A stretch of DNA of 64,000 nt, from contig OY969774.1 in NCBI GenBank assembly GCA_963702955.1, positions 1,113,476 to 1,177,475 of the forward strand, written 5' to 3'. This document shows, piece by piece, positions 1 through 8,774 of the stretch; positions within the stretch are counted from its first letter, which is position 1; each line of letters begins with the position of its first letter. The translations under genes were made by a program, and so were the position numbers. The stretch is from an uncultured Solirubrobacterales bacterium (GTDB taxonomy: Bacteria > Actinomycetota > Thermoleophilia > Solirubrobacterales > 70-9). The notes below the pieces were generated by a model that worked only from the letters and a program-made list of their open reading frames with translations, did no database searches and was not told the origin of the DNA.

Positions 1-250
1 TTCCGCCGGGGTAGCCGCTGTGGCGCCAGTAGCGCTTCTGCTCGAGCTTTTTGCCGGTGACGCGGATCTTCTCGGCATTGACGACGACGACGAAGTCGCC
101 GGTGTCGACGTGCGGGGTGTACTCCGGCTTGCGCTTGCCGCGCAGCGCATTGGCGATCCGGGTCGCCAGGCGGCCCAGGGTCTGGCCCTCGGCGTCGATG
201 ACGTACCAGTCTCGCTGGCGGTCGGCGGGTGTGGCGACGTAGGTCTTCAT
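1..250 (-). CDS. rplM: 50S ribosomal protein L13, first 83 codons (3' end lies beyond the window edge)
   Basis: Not in the ORF track because there is no stop in the window. Reverse-strand ATG at 250-248 gives [83 protein letters not shown], a textbook L13 N-terminus. Confidence 0.9.
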   Translation of the reverse strand, partial: MKTYVATPADRQRDWYVIDAEGQTLGRLATRIANALRGKRKPEYTPHVDTGDFVVVVNAEKIRVTGKKLEQKRYWRHSGYPGG

Positions 251-334
251 CGTGCGGGAACGAGCAAGCGCGCGGGCGTCCGGCGCGGCGGCGCATCATA
301 GCCGCCCAGCGTCCTATACTGCCGCGCCAGCAAT

Positions 335-480
335 GCCGAATCCCGCCGTGCGATCGGCGGGAGCGGAGGAACCGCAGGGACTCTTGCAGGTCCCAGGGGC
401 GAATCGGACGAACTCGTCCGTAGCGCATCTCTTTCAGCGCGAGCCCGACAGCTAACTCCGCAGGCGAACGAAAGAGAGGC
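335..480 (+). promoter_or_regulatory. c-di-AMP riboswitch (ydaO-yuaA class) in the 5' leader of the M23 peptidase gene
   Basis: Blocks GAGCGGAGGAACC (361-373), GGGGCGAATC (396-405), CCGTAGCGC and CCCGACAGCTAACTCCGCAGGCG (444-466) match the hallmark conserved blocks of this class as I remember them. TCTCTTTC (428-435) is complementary to GAAAGAGA (470-477), which overlaps the purine-rich SD before GTG 486. A TATACT -10-like box lies at 315-320. Confidence 0.65.
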
Positions 481-485
481 ACGCG

Positions 486-1427
486 GTGCGCAGTGCTTGG
501 CCGGTTAGACCGGTTTCGATAGTCGTATTCGTGGCGCTTCTGGCGGGCTTCCCCGCCGGCGCCTCGGCGACGACCGGCGGCGCCCCGACCCCGAGCGGCT
601 CGCCGCCGCCTCCCCCGAGTCAGAGCGGCACCCCCGACCCGGCTCCGTCGGCGGGCACGCTCAGCGTGATCTCGGCGAAGACCTGGCCGCGCAAGTCCTT
701 CTACTACGGAGTCCAAGCGCCGCGGCTGCGCTATGAGATCGGCAGCGACCAGGCGAGCAACGACCTCCGCGTCGACGTCGTCGGCCCCAGCGGCGAAGTC
801 GTCAAGAGCTACTACCGCAACGACATCGCCCCCGAAACGCCCGACAGCGTCTCCTGGGACGGCACGATCGCCGGCGGACGGCCGGCGCCCAACGGCCGCT
901 ACACGTTCCGGATCTCGCCGCAGGCCGGCGGTCCCGCCGCGCGTCCCGCCTTCCGGCCTTCGGCCACCTCCTCCAGCTCGACCGGCCTCGGCTTCGAACT
1001 CTACGGCTACGCCTTCCCGGTCCTCGGCCCGCACAGCTTCGGCGACGCCGCCGACCGCTTCGGGGCGCCGCGCGCCGGCCACACCCACGAGGGACAGGAC
1101 GTGCTCGCCGGGTGCGGCACGCCGATAGTCGCGGCGCGGGGCGGCCGCGTCCAGTACGCCGGCTACCAGAGCGCCGCCGGCAACTACCTGGTGATCGACG
1201 CCAAGGGGACCGGGATGGACTTCATGTACGCGCACCTGGCCCAGCCCTCGCCGCTGCCGACCGGGGCGACGGTCCTCACCGGCCAGCCGGTCGGCGAAGT
1301 CGGCGAAACCGGCGACGCCGTCGGCTGCCACCTCCACTTCGAGATCTGGACCGCCCCCGGCTGGTACGAAGGAGGCAGCCCGATCGACCCGCTGCCCTTC
1401 CTCGAACGCTGGGACGCCTACAGCTGA
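486..1427 (+). CDS. secreted M23 (LytM-type) peptidoglycan metalloendopeptidase
   Basis: GTG start. Signal-like N-terminus (MRSAWPVRPVSIVVFVALLAGFPAGASA) and a Pro/Ser linker. C-terminal M23 motifs GHTHEGQDV, GNYLVID, GCHLHFEIW. Confidence 0.85.
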   Translation: MRSAWPVRPVSIVVFVALLAGFPAGASATTGGAPTPSGSPPPPPSQSGTPDPAPSAGTLSVISAKTWPRKSFYYGVQAPRLRYEIGSDQASNDLRVDVVGPSGEVVKSYYRNDIAPETPDSVSWDGTIAGGRPAPNGRYTFRISPQAGGPAARPAFRPSATSSSSTGLGFELYGYAFPVLGPHSFGDAADRFGAPRAGHTHEGQDVLAGCGTPIVAARGGRVQYAGYQSAAGNYLVIDAKGTGMDFMYAHLAQPSPLPTGATVLTGQPVGEVGETGDAVGCHLHFEIWTAPGWYEGGSPIDPLPFLERWDAYS

Positions 1428-1787
1428 GAGCAGGACCGGAGCGGGCTCGGTCCTACTTCCCGCGGTTCTGGCCGCCCCCGCGAGTCTCCGGGATCCCGAC
1501 CCCGGGAGGCGGAGGCGGTGGCGGTGGCGGAGGCTTCGAACCCGATGACTGTAGCGCGGCCGACAACGGTTGTTTGGCGTGAGCTGCCATCTCAATCAGC
1601 CTACCGCCGGCGGTCCAGCTCCTCCTCGTCATCGCGAATCTCGTACAGGGCGCCGTAGGTTCGGGTGCGGTCAGAACCTGCTCCTGCTGGCCCAGCGCTT
1701 GCGCCGCTATCCGATGTGCCTCTTGCTCGAGCTTTGCCACCACCCGAATCTATGGCTTGCCGCGGACAACACAATGCGGCTTCCAAC

Positions 1788-2234
1788 TCAATCGGAGCAG
1801 CGGTCGCAGCGGCCGCGGATCACTACCTCGTGCTCGGCGGCGTCGAAGCTCATCCGGCCGCTGACCCTGTTGATCGCCCGCTCCAGCGAGGGGTCCTCGA
1901 AGGGCACCATGCGGCCGCAGTCGCGGCAGATCGCGTGGTGGTGGTGCTCGCCGGTCGGCTCGATCCGCTCGTAGCCGGCGGTCCCGCGGCTGACCTCGAG
2001 CCGCCGCAGGAGGCCCAGCTGCTCGAGCTGCTCCAACGCCCGATAGACGCTTGCCCGCCCGACCGCAGGTTTGCGCCGTCGCAGCTCGTCGTCGAGCTCC
2101 AGCGCGGTGACCGCGCAGTCGTGACGCGCGAGGGCCTCGACCACGGCGGTGCGGGCCCCACCGCGGCGATAGCCCGCCTCGCGCAGGGTCCGCAGGGCGT
2201 GCTCGGCCCAGCTCGTCCGCGTCTTCGTCGTCAC
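1788..2234 (-). CDS. zur: Fur-family metalloregulator, probable Zur
   Basis: C-terminal 148 aa of ORF 1788..2450: RASVYRALEQLEQLGLL winged helix, HHHHAICRDCG and CDRC metal sites. GTG 2234-2232 overlaps the upstream permease stop (GTGA). It is the last gene of the ABC-3 metal uptake operon. Confidence 0.8.
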   Translation of the reverse strand: MTTKTRTSWAEHALRTLREAGYRRGGARTAVVEALARHDCAVTALELDDELRRRKPAVGRASVYRALEQLEQLGLLRRLEVSRGTAGYERIEPTGEHHHHAICRDCGRMVPFEDPSLERAINRVSGRMSFDAAEHEVVIRGRCDRCSD

Positions 2235-3097
2235 AGCGTCGATCCTAGAGGTCGTCTTCTCTCCCTCGTCTCGCTTCTGCGGGGTCGGCGGCCGCGCAGG
2301 CGATCGACCGCGGCGGCAGCGACGAGAGCGGCGGTCGCCACCCCGATCACCGCCGTGCCGGCGGGCAGCGAGGGGATCCGGTAGCTGAGCGCGAGCCCGG
2401 CCCACATCGAGCCCACCGCGATCGAAGCCGAGAGCGCCAGGCCGCGCCACGGGTTGTCGGTCAGCAGCCTTGCCGCTCCGCCGGGGGCGGCCAGCAGCCC
2501 GAGCAGCAGCAGCGCGCCGACCGCCTGCGTCGCCTCGGCGGCGACCAGGGCGAGCAGGACGAAGAAGACGATGCCGAGGGCGCGAACGGGGAGACCGAGG
2601 CTGCGCGCCACGTCGGGGTCGAGCGAGCCGAACAGCAGCGGTCGGGCGATCGCCAACAGGGCCAGCAGGACCACGATCGCGACCAGCGCGGCGAGGCGCG
2701 CGTCGGCGGCGGAGAGCCCGAGGATAGAGCCGAAGAGGACGCGGACGGCGGCGGTGCCGTTGGAGCCGCTCGAGCCGTTGACGAAGATCGAGAGGAAGAG
2801 CGCGCCGAGCCCGAGGACCCAGGCGAAGACGGAGCCGATCACGACGTCGTCGGGGCGAGCGCGATCGCCCAGCACCCCCATCCCGGTCGCGACGAGAACC
2901 GTCGCGACGAAGAGGCCGAGCCTGATGTCGACCCCCGCCGCGGCCGCCGCCAGGGCGCCGGTGAAGGCGACGTGGCTGAGCGCGTCGCCGGCGAAGACCT
3001 GGCTGCGCAGGACGACGAAGTAGCCGACCGCGCCACAGGCCAGGGCGACGAAGGTGCCGGCGAGGAAGGCGTTGCGCATGAACTCGTGGGCGAACAT
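2231..3097 (-). CDS. metal (Zn/Mn) ABC-3 family transporter permease, second copy
   Basis: Real start is MFAHEFMRNAFLAG (ATG 3097-3095, ATGA overlap with the upstream stop). Polytopic ZnuB/MntB-like sequence. The track ORF's N-terminal 143 aa are Arg-rich shadow. Confidence 0.85.
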   Translation of the reverse strand: MFAHEFMRNAFLAGTFVALACGAVGYFVVLRSQVFAGDALSHVAFTGALAAAAAGVDIRLGLFVATVLVATGMGVLGDRARPDDVVIGSVFAWVLGLGALFLSIFVNGSSGSNGTAAVRVLFGSILGLSAADARLAALVAIVVLLALLAIARPLLFGSLDPDVARSLGLPVRALGIVFFVLLALVAAEATQAVGALLLLGLLAAPGGAARLLTDNPWRGLALSASIAVGSMWAGLALSYRIPSLPAGTAVIGVATAALVAAAAVDRLRGRRPRRSETRERRRPLGSTL

Positions 3098-3987
3098 CAG
3101 GCGAGGGCCTCCGCCGGGCGAGGCCGGCGATCGCGAACCGCGTGGACGCCCAGCCGCACCGCGACGTAGAGGCCGAAGGAGAGGCTCGTCACCCAGAACC
3201 CGACCGGGTAGGGAGAGAAGTAGGCGATCCCCAGGCCGACCCAGGTGACCGCGAGGGCGAGCGCGACCGAGAGCGCCAGGCCCGGGCCGGGCCGAGCGGT
3301 GATCTGCTGCGCGGTCGCCGCGGGGGTGACCAGCAGGGCGAAGACGAGCAGGGCGCCGGTGATCTCGGCGGTTGCGGCGACCGCCAGCCCGAGCAGGAGC
3401 AGGAAGGCGAGGGCGAGGGCGCCCACCGGCACACCGCCGGCGCGGGCGATCGCTCCGTCGACCGAGGCGAACAGCAGCGGCCTGCCGATCGCGGCGAGCA
3501 GCGCCAACGCCGCGACGGCGACCCACAGCAGGGTCAGCACCTGCCCCGCGGTGATCCCGAGGAAGGTGCCGAAGAGCAGCGACTGCAGGCCGGTGAGCTG
3601 GCCGCCGTAGAGGCTGACGAAGAGGAAGCCGAGGCCGAGGCCGAAGGCCTGCACGGTGCCGATCGCGGCGGACTCGCCGCCGAGGGCGGCCTGCCCGGGA
3701 CGGCTGACCAGCGACAGCGACAGCGCCCCGAGGCCGCAGGCGCCGAAGTAGCCGAGCGCGATCGGCAGGCCGGCCAGCGTCGCCGCGGCCGCCCCGGGGA
3801 AGGCGATCACGGAGAGCGTGTGGCCGGCGAAGGTCTGGCGGCGCAGGACCATGAACCAGCCGATCGCCCCCGCCATCACGGCGACGATCGTCCCCGCCTC
3901 CAGGGCCTGCACCATGAAGGGGAATTCGGTCAGCTGTTCGAGGTCGCCGACCGGGTTCCAGGAGAGACCGGCGAGCTCAGTGGCCAT
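3097..3987 (-). CDS. metal (Zn/Mn) ABC-3 family transporter permease, first copy
   Basis: 296-aa polytopic protein, paralogous to the next gene, ZnuB/TroC-like. Overlaps the ATPase gene by 11 nt. Confidence 0.85.
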   Translation of the reverse strand: MATELAGLSWNPVGDLEQLTEFPFMVQALEAGTIVAVMAGAIGWFMVLRRQTFAGHTLSVIAFPGAAAATLAGLPIALGYFGACGLGALSLSLVSRPGQAALGGESAAIGTVQAFGLGLGFLFVSLYGGQLTGLQSLLFGTFLGITAGQVLTLLWVAVAALALLAAIGRPLLFASVDGAIARAGGVPVGALALAFLLLLGLAVAATAEITGALLVFALLVTPAATAQQITARPGPGLALSVALALAVTWVGLGIAYFSPYPVGFWVTSLSFGLYVAVRLGVHAVRDRRPRPAEALA

Positions 3988-4804
3988 GATCGTGGCGAGA
4001 GTGGTGGTGGGCCGGGGGCTCCGGGGTGCCGACGACGGCCAGGCGGCCGTCGCTGGTCTCCAGCACCTCGACGGGAACCCCGTAGAGGTCGCTCAGGGTG
4101 GGGCCGGTGATCACCTCGCGCGGCGTCCCTTCGACCCCGCGGCCGGCGGCGAAGTAGATCACCCGGTCGAGGTAGGAGAGGATCGGGTTGACGTCGTGGG
4201 CGACCAGCAGGACCGTTACGCCCTCGCTCTCGCAGATTCGCTGCACGAGCCCGGCGACGGCGCCCTGGTTGCTGAGGTCGAGGCTGTCCAGCGGCTCGTC
4301 GAGCAGCAGGATCCGCGGGCGGCGGACGAGCGCCTGGGCGATCAGCAGCCGCTGCTGCTCGCCGCCCGAGAGCGAGCCGATCGGCCGCGCGGCGTAGGCG
4401 CTCGCGCCGACCAGCTCGATCGCCTCCTCGACCCGGCGCCGCGCGGCCCGCCCGCCGGCGCTGAACGCGGCCGGCAGCGGCAGGCCCCAGCGCGTCCCGT
4501 CGAGGCCGAGGCGGACGAGGTCGACGCCGCGGACCCGCGTCCCCGAGTCGAAGCTGCGCCGCTGCGGCAGGTAGCCGATCTGGGAGTTGAGCGACCCGGG
4601 CGGCCGCGAGAGGACCGTCGCCGTGCCTTCGCTCAGCGGCAGCAGGCCCAGCAGAACCTGGATCAGGGTCGACTTGCCGGACCCGTTGGGCCCGAGGACC
4701 GCCACGAACTCCCCCCGGCGGACGCACAGATCGACCCCGGACCAGACGGTGCGGCCGCCGCGCACGGTCGCCGCCCGCTCGAGCCCGATCGCCTCCGCGC
4801 TCAT
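3977..4804 (-). CDS. metal ABC transporter ATP-binding protein
   Basis: Walker A GPNGSGKST, signature LSGGEQQR, Walker B LLLDEP. 4-nt overlap with the binding-protein gene. Confidence 0.9.
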   Translation of the reverse strand: MSAEAIGLERAATVRGGRTVWSGVDLCVRRGEFVAVLGPNGSGKSTLIQVLLGLLPLSEGTATVLSRPPGSLNSQIGYLPQRRSFDSGTRVRGVDLVRLGLDGTRWGLPLPAAFSAGGRAARRRVEEAIELVGASAYAARPIGSLSGGEQQRLLIAQALVRRPRILLLDEPLDSLDLSNQGAVAGLVQRICESEGVTVLLVAHDVNPILSYLDRVIYFAAGRGVEGTPREVITGPTLSDLYGVPVEVLETSDGRLAVVGTPEPPAHHHSRHDHGH

Positions 4805-5727
4805 CTCCCTGCCGCGGCCTTGGCGAGCGCGGCGCGCAGCCCCTCCAGCTCACGCACCTGCCAGGCCTGGAAGCTCGCGCCTTCGGGGGTCAGCGTCTCG
4901 GTCACCGTGGCGATCGGGATCCCGGCTCCCTTCGCCGCGTCATTCAGACGCTGCACGTCGGGAGTCGCGTTCTGGCTGTTGTAGACCCAGACCGCGATCC
5001 GGCGGTCGGCGACCTGGCGGTCCGTCGTCGCCTTGTCGTCGGGGGTGGGTTCGGTGCCCTCGGCGATCGCATCGAGGAAGCCGGTCGGCGTGGTCAGCTT
5101 CAGCCCCAGCGCGGGCGCAAGCGGTTCGAAGATGCTCTCCGAGGCGCCGACCGGAGTACCGGCGTAGCGGGCTTTGATCTGCGAGATCAGGCTGTGGTAC
5201 CGCGCCAGCCCGACGGCCTCGAAGCGACGCTGCCGCTGCTCGTAGTAGGCGTCGTGACCGGGGTCGGCCACCTCGTAGTCGCGGGTGATCTGCTCGATCG
5301 TCCTCTGCACCGCGGCCGGCGAGTACCACTGGTGGGGGTTGTCGCCGTCCTTCAGCCCGAGCAGTTCGCCCACCGTCAGCACCGTCCGTTCCGGGTCGGG
5401 GTCGGCGGCGAGCAGCTTCGTCGCCCACTGGTCATAGCCGATCCCGTTGACGACCGCGACCTGCGCGCCGGCCATCGTGCGGGCGTCTTCGCTGGTCGGT
5501 TCGTAGTCGTGGGGGTCGGCGGCGGGGTTGGTGATGATGCTGGTCACCTGCACCCGGTCGCCGCCGAGCTGCGCGGCGATGCTGCCCCAGAAGTCCTCGG
5601 CCGCGACCACGTTCAGCCTGGTCGACGAGCCGCCCGAGGAGGAGCCGGAGCCACCGCCGCAGCCGGCGAGAAGCGCCGCCAGGGAGACGACGAGAAGGGC
5701 GGCACAGGCAAGAGCACGGGGGCGCAT
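4801..5727 (-). CDS. metal ABC transporter substrate-binding lipoprotein (ZnuA/TroA cluster-9 type)
   Basis: Probable start MRPRALACAALLVVSLAALLAGCGGG (lipobox) at ATG 5727. His/Asp-rich cluster-9 SBP-like body. Operon context with ABC-3 permeases. Confidence 0.8.
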   Translation of the reverse strand: MRPRALACAALLVVSLAALLAGCGGGSGSSSGGSSTRLNVVAAEDFWGSIAAQLGGDRVQVTSIITNPAADPHDYEPTSEDARTMAGAQVAVVNGIGYDQWATKLLAADPDPERTVLTVGELLGLKDGDNPHQWYSPAAVQRTIEQITRDYEVADPGHDAYYEQRQRRFEAVGLARYHSLISQIKARYAGTPVGASESIFEPLAPALGLKLTTPTGFLDAIAEGTEPTPDDKATTDRQVADRRIAVWVYNSQNATPDVQRLNDAAKGAGIPIATVTETLTPEGASFQAWQVRELEGLRAALAKAAAGR

Positions 5728-5835
5728 TCGCCGGCAACCTAGCATAAGAGTGAGACTCGTTCTCTTTTTGTGATCGGGGAACGACTCCCCTATCGGCATG
5801 CGGAGGCGGCCCGTTCGATAGAACACAGGTTCGAG

Positions 5836-6810
5836 ATGAGCCTGGACCTGACGCTCGACTGCTCGATCCCCAGCCCGGCGTCGAGCGGCTTCCACCTCGG
5901 TCCCTTCGGCGTCCACGTGTATGGCCTGATGTACGTGGTCGGACTGATGGCGGCGGTGCTGATCACTGTCCGCCGCTGGGAGGCGCGGGGCGGCTCACGC
6001 GAGCTCGTCTACGACGTCGCCCTCTGGAGCTTTCCGGCCGGCCTCGTCGGCGGCCGCCTCTACTTCGACCTGACCAGCTCCGACCTGGTGCCACCGCACT
6101 GGTGGGGGCCGTTCGCCGTCTGGGACGGCGGCATGGGCATCTGGGGCGGGATCGCGCTCGGCTGCCTGGTCGGGCTCTGGCGCCTGCGCCGTGCCGGGGT
6201 CTCCCCCGCTCCGTTCATGGACGCCGCCGCGCCCGCCCTGCTGGTCGGGCAGGCGATCGGCCGGATCGGCAACTACTTCAACCAGGAGCTGTTCGGCGGG
6301 CCGACGAGCCTGCCCTGGGGACTGCAGATCTCGCCGGGCCACCGGCCCGCCGGGTACGCGGCCTTCGCCACCTTCCAGCCGACCTTCCTCTACGAGCTGA
6401 CCTGGAACCTGGCGCTGGCCGCGTTCCTCGTCTGGCTCGGCCACCATCGCCGCATCCGCCCCCCGGGCCTCTTCGCCCTCTACGTCAGCGGCTACTCGGC
6501 CTTCCGCATCTTCGAGGAGTCGCTGCGGGTCGACCCGGCCCACCACATCCTCGGGCTGCGGCTGAACTTCTACGTCGCCTGCGCTCTGACGATCGCCGGC
6601 GCTGTCTGGTTCGTGGCAATCCAGAGACGCGGGCGCACGGTCGAGTCCCGCCGGTGGCGAGGGTGCGGTCCGACGCTGCTGGCGATCGGCTGGGCCGCGT
6701 TCGCCCTCTTCGGCTGCGGTCAGGGGTCGAAAGCGACCGCGGCGGGCGGTCGGCCCGGTCATGCGCCGGTGGCGACTCAGACTCACACGGAGCCTGCCGA
6801 GCGGAAGTGA
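5836..6810 (+). CDS. lgt: prolipoprotein diacylglyceryl transferase with about 70-aa C-terminal extension
   Basis: Motifs GGMGIWGG and GQAIGRIGNYFNQELFGGPTSLPWGL. Start taken at ATG 5836 (MSLDLT...). Confidence 0.9.
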   Translation: MSLDLTLDCSIPSPASSGFHLGPFGVHVYGLMYVVGLMAAVLITVRRWEARGGSRELVYDVALWSFPAGLVGGRLYFDLTSSDLVPPHWWGPFAVWDGGMGIWGGIALGCLVGLWRLRRAGVSPAPFMDAAAPALLVGQAIGRIGNYFNQELFGGPTSLPWGLQISPGHRPAGYAAFATFQPTFLYELTWNLALAAFLVWLGHHRRIRPPGLFALYVSGYSAFRIFEESLRVDPAHHILGLRLNFYVACALTIAGAVWFVAIQRRGRTVESRRWRGCGPTLLAIGWAAFALFGCGQGSKATAAGGRPGHAPVATQTHTEPAERK

Positions 6811-7671
6811 TCATCCGACCCCGGTCGGGCGGGCGGCGCGTCGCCCGGGGGACTCGCGGGGCTCCAGCCCCCTGTAGGCGATCAGGACGATCGCGATCGT
6901 GTAGGAGATCGAGCCGGGCACCCACATCACCCCGGCGGCGAGCTGCTGATCGGTGAAGGCCGAGATCTGCCCCGGCCGGCTCGCCTCGGCCGCATAGGCA
7001 GAGTAGAGCGGCGAGGTCGCCAGCGCGAGCACGATCGCCAGCACCCAGCCCACGACCAGGGTCGACCCCAGGTAGACGAGTTTCGCCGGCTCGCCGAGCG
7101 GCGAGCGCCACGGGGGCGAGGGGACGACGCGGGTCCAGAAGAGGAGCGCGGTGGCGAAGAAGGCGAGGTGCTCGAGCGCGTGGAGCGGCGGCGAGCGCAA
7201 GGCCGCGTCGTAGAGGACGGGGAGGTGCCAGGCGAGGAAGTTGAGGTTGAAGATCAGCCACGAGGCCAGCGCGCCGCCGGCGAACGCGGCGGCTCGGCGC
7301 AGCGGCGCCAGCCGCGGGTTGCGGACGATCTCGCGGGTGGCGGCCCGCCGGTATTCGACCGGGACGCCACGCCACATTCGCGTCCACGGCCGCGCCAGCG
7401 CGAGCAGCGGCGGCGCGACCGCGATCAGCAGGACGTGCTGGACCATGTGCACCCAGAAGAGCCGGTCGGCAAGCTCGTCGATCGGCGAGTTGACCGCGAG
7501 CATGATCGCCGCCAGGCCGGCGACGAAGGCGGCGGTGCGCCGGCGATCGGCCGTTCGCAGGGGACGGCGGCCTCCCCGTCCCCCCAGCCAGTAGAGCAGC
7601 GCCGCGCTCAGCACCCAGAGAAGCGCCGGGCCGCCGGTCCAATCCAGGGGCGTTGCGAGCGCCGCCGGCAT
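6811..7671 (-). CDS. Caa3_CtaG-like cytochrome oxidase assembly / copper-insertion membrane protein, paralogue 1
   Basis: Polytopic, with VHMVQHVLLIAVAPPLLALARPW and LHALEHLAFF motifs typical of the Bacillus-type CtaG family (from memory). Its stop abuts the lgt stop (TGATCA). Confidence 0.65.
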   Translation of the reverse strand: MPAALATPLDWTGGPALLWVLSAALLYWLGGRGGRRPLRTADRRRTAAFVAGLAAIMLAVNSPIDELADRLFWVHMVQHVLLIAVAPPLLALARPWTRMWRGVPVEYRRAATREIVRNPRLAPLRRAAAFAGGALASWLIFNLNFLAWHLPVLYDAALRSPPLHALEHLAFFATALLFWTRVVPSPPWRSPLGEPAKLVYLGSTLVVGWVLAIVLALATSPLYSAYAAEASRPGQISAFTDQQLAAGVMWVPGSISYTIAIVLIAYRGLEPRESPGRRAARPTGVG

Positions 7672-7674
7672 CGC

Positions 7675-8598
7675 TCAGACCGGCGCGTGGGACGCTCGTT
7701 CGAGACGCTCGCGCAGTTCGTCCCCGCGGCCCGCCGCGACCGCCCGCGCGGCCCGCGCGTCGCTCAGCTCCAGATCGTGCCGCTGCGCGTAGTCCAGCAG
7801 CGCCTGGCGCTCCTCCCCCTGCTTGGCCGCTTCGAAGAACAGCCAGGCGAGCAGGCCGAGCGTCAGCAGGCTCTCCTCGACCATCATCACCACCCCGGCG
7901 ACGCTCTGGTCGCCGATCGCGGAGATGTGGTGGCGGGCGTCGCCCTGGAGGTAGTACGGGTAGAAGACGACGCCGCTCCACATGAAGACGTTGCCGAGCA
8001 CGGTGCCGAGCAGGCGGACGACCACGATGTAGATCAGTTTCGCCCCGTTGCCGAACCAGGCCGGACGCGGGAAGGGCCCGAGCAGGGCCATCCACATCGC
8101 CATCCCGAAGCCGATGAAGCTGGCGTGCTCGATCGCGTGGACGAAGTCGTTGCGGAGCGCGGCTTCGTAGAAGATCGGGATGTGCCAGGCGTAGAAGTTG
8201 ATCGCCCAGGCCGGCAGGGCGATCAGCGGGTTGGTCAGCACCCGGAGGCGGTCGATCGCCTTGATCCGCAGAAGCGGCTGCAGGATCGGCACGGTCAGCC
8301 CGAGGACGAGCAGCAGCGAGGCGATGTCGCCGAGCAGCAGGTGCTCGACCATGTGCGCGGTCAGAAGTTCGTCGCTGAGCGTCCCGACCGGCCCGCTGAG
8401 GGCCACGGCGCAGACCAGCAATCCGGCGGCGAAGCAGGCCCGCCGCCAGCCCGGCACCGGCCGCCCGGCCCTGGCCAGGGTCCGCGTGCGATGCGCGTAG
8501 GGCAGCCAGTAGGCGAGCGCGAGCAGGGGCAGCATCACGCCCTGGAGCGGGCTGTAGGCGGCGAGCGGGACCGCGGGGACGATCGTGGCCGAGCCCAT
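7675..8598 (-). CDS. Caa3_CtaG-like membrane protein, paralogue 2
   Basis: AHMVEHLLLGDIASLLLVLG and VHAIEHASFIGF motifs parallel paralogue 1. 3-nt spacer to the downstream paralogue. Confidence 0.65.
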   Translation of the reverse strand: MGSATIVPAVPLAAYSPLQGVMLPLLALAYWLPYAHRTRTLARAGRPVPGWRRACFAAGLLVCAVALSGPVGTLSDELLTAHMVEHLLLGDIASLLLVLGLTVPILQPLLRIKAIDRLRVLTNPLIALPAWAINFYAWHIPIFYEAALRNDFVHAIEHASFIGFGMAMWMALLGPFPRPAWFGNGAKLIYIVVVRLLGTVLGNVFMWSGVVFYPYYLQGDARHHISAIGDQSVAGVVMMVEESLLTLGLLAWLFFEAAKQGEERQALLDYAQRHDLELSDARAARAVAAGRGDELRERLERASHAPV

Positions 8599-8618
8599 CC
8601 GCGTCGGTCGGCGGCCGG

Positions 8619-8774
8619 CTACGCCGAGGAGGCGCGGCGGTCGCTGCCGCCGCCTCCCCGCTCGCGCCGGTTGCTGAACCAGAGCCAGATGCCGACGATC
8701 GGCACCGGGGCAAAGAAGATGAACGACGTGTACCAGTGCTTGAGACAGGCCAGAACGAGCATCGAGGGAGTCAT
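8619..8774 (-). CDS. 51-aa single-pass membrane protein (below the ORF-track size cut-off)
   Basis: ATG 8774-8772 overlaps the ycnI-like stop (ATGA); TAG at 8621-8619. MTPSMLVLACLKHWYTSFIFFAPVPIVGIWLWFSNRRERGGGGSDRRASSA. Third codon positions are almost all G/C, like the neighbouring genes. Confidence 0.55.
   Translation of the reverse strand: MTPSMLVLACLKHWYTSFIFFAPVPIVGIWLWFSNRRERGGGGSDRRASSA

Noticed and set aside
5746-5766. Imperfect palindrome AAGAGTGAGACTCGTTCTCTT in the znuA/lgt divergent region, as a candidate Zur box
   Set aside because: Only 7 of 10 positions pair, and it does not resemble the AT-rich TGAAAATGATTTTCA-type Zur box I remember. It remains a possibility but is not supportable from sequence alone.
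6485-8713. 742-aa minus-strand ORF spanning the two ctaG-like genes, and similar giants: 9514..11274 (+), 34729..36609 (-), 36498..38639 (-), 38354..40150 (-), 18018..19883 (+)
   Set aside because: The translations are Arg/Pro/Gly/Ala-rich and low complexity, typical of shadow frames in very GC-rich DNA. Each overlaps a gene on another frame or strand that has clear family motifs.
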